DNA from: Escherichia coli
Lineage (GTDB): Bacteria; Pseudomonadota; Gammaproteobacteria; Enterobacterales; Enterobacteriaceae
Strand: one strand, 5' to 3'
NCBI RefSeq assembly: GCF_003334765.1
Contig: NZ_QOWT01000016.1
DNA: 64,000 nt
Part shown: in pieces, positions 59,241 to 64,000 of the stretch
Position numbering within the stretch: the first letter of the stretch is position 1
Layout of the letters: each line of letters begins with the position of its first letter
Notes under the pieces: generated by a model
What the model saw: only the letters and a program-made list of their open reading frames with translations
What the model was told of the DNA's origin: nothing
Database searches by the model: none
Translations under genes and position numbers: made by a program

Positions 59241-60791
59241 TTATACCGTAAACCCTAACATCATCCCCGTATCTTCATGCTCCAGCAGATGGCAGTGCGC
59301 CATATAAGCATGTTCTTTCGGTGCATCGTGATTAAACTTCACCAGCACTTCGCTGACATTACCTTCTACCTTAACGGTATCTTTCCAGCCCGCGCGATGA
59401 GCCGCTGGCGGTTTGCCATTTTCTGACAAGATACGGAACTGCGTGCCGTGGATATGGAACGGATGCAGCATCATGTCGCCCACGCCAGAGATAACCCAAC
59501 GTTCGTATTGCCCTTTCGCCGCCGCAAACATCGGCTTGTTCATATCAAACGCCTGACCGTTGATTTTGTTGGCATGGTGGAAATCGAACTTCCCGCCGTG
59601 GTTCATATGATTCATATTGCCGTGCCCCATATGGCCCATCATCTGGCTGTGATCCATCCCGGCCATCGCCTGATCGCCATATTTCTCCATTAGCATCTGC
59701 ATCCCCATCATATCGAGCATCGGGTCCATAGAGAGTTGCAGCTTGCGTACCGTCAGCCCTTCCAGCGAAGGTAACGCAGGCAGGCTACTTAATGTGTCTG
59801 GCAAAGCACCGGAGGCACTAATAGCAATCGGCTGAATCCGCATTACCGGATGAGGCTTATCAAACGGCGCAATCGCCATCCCCATCTGGCTGACCGGCAG
59901 CGTCACCAGGTCAAAGGGTTTGTTATCGTTAACCTCCACCAGCACTTCAAAACGCTCGCCCATCAGCACCGGCAGTTCGCTCACCTTCACTGGTTCAGGT
60001 AGCAGACCACCGTCGCTGGCAATCACATACAGCGGGCGATTGTCGCTGGTGGCGAAATTGAGCGAACGGGCATTACAGCCATTGAGCAAACGCAGGCGCA
60101 GCCAACCACGCGGGGCAGCGTGTTGCGGGTAGATTGCACCGTTGGTCAGCAACGTATCGCCAAACCAGCCCACGGCGGCGGTCATCACATCCAGTTGATA
60201 ATCAATCTGCCCGTCGGCGCTAAATTTCTTATCCTGAACGATCACCGGAACATCATCGATACCCCACTGTTTTGGCAGCATTAATTTCAGGATCTCGTCA
60301 TCTTCAATCACCACCAGCCCAGCCAGCCCCATCGCCACCTGTCGCCCGGTTTTGCCGTGCTGATGCGGATGGAACCAGCAGGTAGCGGCAGGTTGATCAA
60401 CGTTCAACGTCACCGAGCGCTTGCCACCTGGCGGAATAATTCCCTGCGGGCCGCCGTCGACTTCACCCGGTACTTCCAGCCCGTGCCAGTGCAACGTTGT
60501 CTCTTCCGTCAGTTGGTTGTAGATATCAACCGTTACCGCTTTGCCGCGCTGTAATTTCACCGCCGGCCCCAGCAGATTGCCGTTATAGCCCCAGGTAGTT
60601 GCAGTTTTCCCGCCAAAGGTGGACTGGCCTGCGCCAATAGTTAACTGAATGCGATTACGGGCATCGGTCGTGAGCAAATCAGGGATCGGTAACGTTGGGC
60701 GTTCTGCCGCAAATACTGCGCGGCTCCACAGCGGCAAAGCCGAAGCCACACCCAGCGCGACGGAATATTTTAAGAAATCACGACGTTGCAT
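59241..60791 (-). CDS. cueO: Multicopper oxidase CueO (Tat-exported)
   Basis: Start placed at ATG 60789-60791 ([28 protein letters not shown] twin-arginine signal), 516 aa; Met-rich insert; copper-site HCH motif. Confidence 0.93.
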
Positions 60792-60836
60792 AGTTATTTC
60801 CTTATTCTTAAGCAGGCGAAACAAAATCAAACGTTG

Positions 60837-60867
60837 AGCATAGTCCTTCCCCTTACGGGAAGGTCAA
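60837..60867 (-). promoter_or_regulatory. MerR-type (CueR) promoter of cueO
   Basis: Minus strand TTGACC (60867-60862) - 19-nt spacer containing the palindrome ccttccc-N5-gggaagg - TATGCT (60842-60837). Confidence 0.7.
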
Positions 60868-60956
60868 GCCGCAGACACAATTTAATCGACAATAATGGTC
60901 GTCGCCTCGCTCGCAGTGTGCTAACGTTTATCTTCTTTAAGCCCCTGGTAGAAGCA

Positions 60957-61304
60957 ATGAAGACGTTTTTCAGAACAGTGTTATTCGGCAGCCTGATGGC
61001 CGTCTGCGCAAACAGTTACGCGCTCAGCGAGTCTGAAGCCGAAGATATGGCCGATTTAACGGCAGTTTTTGTCTTTCTGAAGAACGATTGTGGTTACCAG
61101 AACTTACCTAACGGGCAAATTCGTCGCGCACTGGTCTTTTTCGCTCAGCAAAACCAGTGGGACCTCAGTAATTACGACACCTTCGACATGAAAGCCCTCG
61201 GTGAAGACAGCTACCGCGATCTCAGCGGCATTGGCATTCCCGTCGCTAAAAAATGCAAAGCCCTGGCCCGCGATTCCTTAAGCCTGCTTGCCTACGTCAA
61301 ATAA
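60957..61304 (+). CDS. yacC: Small periplasmic protein of unknown function
   Basis: ORF track starts at 60786, but start placed at ATG 60957 (MKTFFRTVLFGSLMAVCANSYA signal peptide), 115 aa. Confidence 0.75.
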   Translation: MKTFFRTVLFGSLMAVCANSYALSESEAEDMADLTAVFVFLKNDCGYQNLPNGQIRRALVFFAQQNQWDLSNYDTFDMKALGEDSYRDLSGIGIPVAKKCKALARDSLSLLAYVK

Positions 61305-61409
61305 TCCCTGATACCTTTTTGTAGAAATATTGACCGTGCATCCGCGGTCAATGTTAGCTATTATGTTGCGCCCTTTTTTTACGGGTGTTAACAAAGGAGG
61401 TATCAACCC

Positions 61410-62276
61410 ATGGCCGAAAAAAAACAGTGGCATGAAACGCTACACGACCAGTTTGGGCAGTACTTTGCGGTAGATAACGTTCTGTATCATGAAAAGACCG
61501 ATCACCAGGATCTGATCATTTTTGAGAACGCTGCATTTGGTCGCGTAATGGCGCTGGATGGCGTAGTACAAACCACCGAGCGCGACGAGTTTATCTATCA
61601 TGAGATGATGACCCATGTTCCGCTACTGGCCCATGGTCACGCGAAACATGTGCTGATTATCGGCGGCGGCGACGGTGCCATGCTGCGTGAAGTAACCCGA
61701 CATAAAAACGTTGAGTCAATCACGATGGTGGAAATCGATGCGGGTGTCGTATCGTTCTGCCGTCAGTATCTACCCAACCATAACGCCGGTAGCTACGACG
61801 ATCCGCGCTTTAAGCTGGTGATCGACGATGGCGTCAATTTCGTTAATCAAACCAGCCAGACCTTTGATGTCATTATCTCCGACTGCACCGATCCTATCGG
61901 TCCCGGCGAAAGCCTTTTCACTTCGGCATTTTATGAAGGCTGCAAACGTTGCCTGAATCCTGGCGGTATCTTCGTCGCACAAAACGGCGTCTGCTTTTTA
62001 CAGCAGGAAGAAGCCATCGACAGCCATCGCAAACTCAGCCATTACTTCAGCGACGTTGGCTTTTATCAGGCGGCGATCCCGACCTATTACGGCGGTATCA
62101 TGACTTTTGCATGGGCGACAGATAACGACGCCTTACGCCATCTCTCAACCGAAATTATTCAGGCGCGTTTTCTCGCCTCTGGCCTGAAATGCCGTTATTA
62201 CAATCCGGCAATCCATACGGCAGCTTTTGCCTTACCTCAGTATCTGCAAGACGCACTGGCTTCACAGCCGTCCTAA
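61410..62276 (+). CDS. speE: Spermidine synthase
   Basis: 288-aa ORF with aaggagg Shine-Dalgarno at 61394-61400; motif VLIIGGGDG. Confidence 0.95.
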   Translation: MAEKKQWHETLHDQFGQYFAVDNVLYHEKTDHQDLIIFENAAFGRVMALDGVVQTTERDEFIYHEMMTHVPLLAHGHAKHVLIIGGGDGAMLREVTRHKNVESITMVEIDAGVVSFCRQYLPNHNAGSYDDPRFKLVIDDGVNFVNQTSQTFDVIISDCTDPIGPGESLFTSAFYEGCKRCLNPGGIFVAQNGVCFLQQEEAIDSHRKLSHYFSDVGFYQAAIPTYYGGIMTFAWATDNDALRHLSTEIIQARFLASGLKCRYYNPAIHTAAFALPQYLQDALASQPS

Positions 62277-62291
62277 GGAGAAGATAAGAAA

Positions 62292-63086
62292 TTGAAAAAA
62301 CTGAAACTGCATGGCTTTAATAATCTGACCAAAAGTCTGAGTTTTTGTATTTACGATATCTGCTACGCCAAAACTGCCGAAGAGCGCGACGGTTATATTG
62401 CTTATATCGATGAACTCTATAATGCCAACCGTCTGACCGAAATCCTGTCAGAAACCTGTTCCATTATCGGGGCTAATATTCTTAACATCGCCCGCCAGGA
62501 TTACGAACCACAGGGTGCCAGCGTCACTATTCTGGTGAGTGAAGAACCGGTTGACCCGAAACTCATCGACAAAACAGAACACCCCGGCCCACTGCCAGAA
62601 ACGGTCGTTGCCCATCTTGATAAAAGTCATATTTGCGTACATACCTACCCGGAAAGTCATCCTGAAGGCGGTTTATGTACCTTCCGCGCCGATATTGAAG
62701 TCTCTACCTGCGGCGTGATTTCTCCGCTGAAGGCGCTGAATTACCTGATCCACCAGCTTGAGTCCGATATCGTAACCATTGATTATCGCGTGCGCGGTTT
62801 TACCCGCGACATTAACGGTATGAAGCACTTTATCGACCATGAGATTAATTCGATTCAGAACTTTATGTCTGACGATATGAAGGCGCTGTATGACATGGTG
62901 GATGTGAACGTCTATCAGGAAAATATCTTCCATACCAAGATGTTGCTTAAAGAGTTCGACCTTAAGCACTACATGTTCCACACCAAACCGGAAGACTTAA
63001 CCGACAGCGAGCGCCAGGAAATTACCGCTGCGCTGTGGAAAGAAATGCGCGAGATTTATTACGGGCGCAATATGCCAGCTGTTTAA
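62292..63086 (+). CDS. speD: S-adenosylmethionine decarboxylase proenzyme
   Basis: 264-aa ORF with TTG start at 62292 ([14 protein letters not shown]...); 15 bp downstream of speE. Confidence 0.92.
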
Positions 63087-63091
63087 CGGCT

Positions 63092-63127
63092 CTGGCGGAG
63101 CTCCCAGGCTCCGCCAGATTTATTTAC
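63092..63127. terminator. Terminator between convergent speD and yacL
   Basis: Perfect 10-bp stem ctggcggagc/gctccgccag (63092-63117) followed by atttattt. Confidence 0.7.
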
Positions 63128-63486
63128 TTCTGCTGCACGAAATTGCGGTAAGCCGCCACGACCTGCAGAAAATCCTCAACGCCGCATAGCGACAGGCTTT
63201 CTTCGTCGTAGTAGTTCATCCCCTCTTCCATTTCATCGCCAGCGAATTCCAGTTGATTGGCGCGAACCATCACCTCTTCACCGTCCATCCACAGGGTGTA
63301 TTCATGCCCTGCCCGTTGCCAGGACCGTTCGCTACCTTTCAGTGCGTGCGCTGCTTGTTCCACTTCATCAAGCAAGGCCAGGTTTTCTTTCACCTCTTCA
63401 TTAAACCAGTGCCCGACCACTTCATGCCCCATGGACATACGCACCTTTACCACTCCGGTAATATCGCGCAGAAATTCGTAATCCAT
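63124..63486 (-). CDS. yacL: UPF0231-family protein of unknown function
   Basis: ORF track extends to 63534, but start placed at ATG 63484-63486 ([17 protein letters not shown]...), 120 aa. Confidence 0.8.
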
Positions 63487-63591
63487 AGTGTGTTCCTCTG
63501 CTCCCGGCAATGCACCGAAATCGCATTGCGCCATTGATGTAATTATCGCAGCCTTACCGGAGAAAAACAGCGGAACGGCGATGGTTTAGAA

Positions 63592-63626
63592 ATAAAAAAA
63601 TGCCCGGGAATCTCATTCACCGGGCA
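63592..63626 (-). terminator. acnB rho-independent terminator
   Basis: Hairpin tgcccgg/ccgggca (63601-63626) preceded on plus strand by A-run 63592-63600, i.e. U-run on minus transcript; 35 bp downstream of acnB stop. Confidence 0.75.
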
Positions 63627-63661
63627 TTGTGTCGTTTATGCGCAGCGCGTGCGCTGACTTT

Positions 63662-64000
63662 TTAAACCGCAGTCTGGAAAATCACCCCATCGGCTTTCTC
63701 GGTGTACTGAGAAAGCTGGTTGAAGTTCAGATAACGGTAAGTATCAACGGCTGTTTTATCTACCTGCGCCACGTAGGTCTGGTACTCTTCCGGCGTCGGC
63801 AGTTTGCCAATCAGCGCCGCAACAGCCGCCAGTTCCGCAGAAGCCAGGAAGACATTCGCGCCAGTACCCAGACGGTTCGGGAAGTTACGGGTAGAGGTGG
63901 AAACCACCGTTGCACCGTCCGCCACACGCGCCTGGTTACCCATACACAGGGAACAGCCAGGGATCTCGATACGCGCACCACTCTTACCGAAGACGCTGTA
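63662..64000 (-). CDS. acnB: Aconitate hydratase B (partial; C-terminal end only, 5' part beyond right window edge)
   Basis: Reverse-strand frame open to window end, terminating ...TEKADGVIFQTAV* at 63662. Confidence 0.9.
   Translation of the reverse strand, partial: YSVFGKSGARIEIPGCSLCMGNQARVADGATVVSTSTRNFPNRLGTGANVFLASAELAAVAALIGKLPTPEEYQTYVAQVDKTAVDTYRYLNFNQLSQYTEKADGVIFQTAV

Noticed and set aside
63641-63665. Second hairpin (cagcgc-gtg-cgctg) with plus-strand T-run overlapping the acnB stop
   Set aside because: Overlaps the acnB coding end and has no upstream plus-strand gene to terminate; probably incidental.

Overview
This 64-kb window reads as an ordinary, well-characterised stretch of an Escherichia coli K-12-type core chromosome, and I found no evidence of a foreign insertion or a novel multi-gene system. 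Gene order runs rseP (partial, left edge) - cdsA - uppS - dxr - frr - pyrH - tsf - rpsB - map - glnD - dapD - yaeI - yaeH - cdaR - degP - dgt - mtnN - btuF - yadS - erpA - clcA - hemL - fhuBDCA - mrcB - hrpB - thpR - sfsA - dksA - gluQ - pcnB - folK - yad fimbrial operon (yadN, yadV, htrE, yadM, yadL, yadK, yadC) - panB - panC - rpnC - panD - yadE - yadI - yadH - yadG - can - hpt - gcd - cueO - yacC - speE - speD - yacL - acnB (partial, right edge). This is the reverse complement of the conventional K-12 map orientation. Gene content and intergenic spacing match my recollection of the K-12 reference throughout, but that is memory, not an alignment, and should be confirmed. I recognised no rRNA, tRNA, CRISPR array, IS element or prophage. 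Calls rest on the supplied ORF track, recognisable protein motifs, synteny, and hairpins or promoter motifs read directly from the sequence; start codons were corrected where the ORF track over-extends. The parts most worth a second look are: (1) rpnC, a transposase-like Rpn nuclease lying between panBC and panD, with a plausible internal ribosome-binding site and start for a 60-aa C-terminal product; (2) the AT-rich cryptic yad chaperone-usher fimbrial island between folK and panB; (3) the poorly characterised yadG-yadH-yadI-yadE cluster; (4) the dksA terminator overlapping the longest gluQ start; (5) paired palindromic repeats between hrpB and mrcB; (6) a polylinker-like palindrome in the rpsB-tsf spacer.
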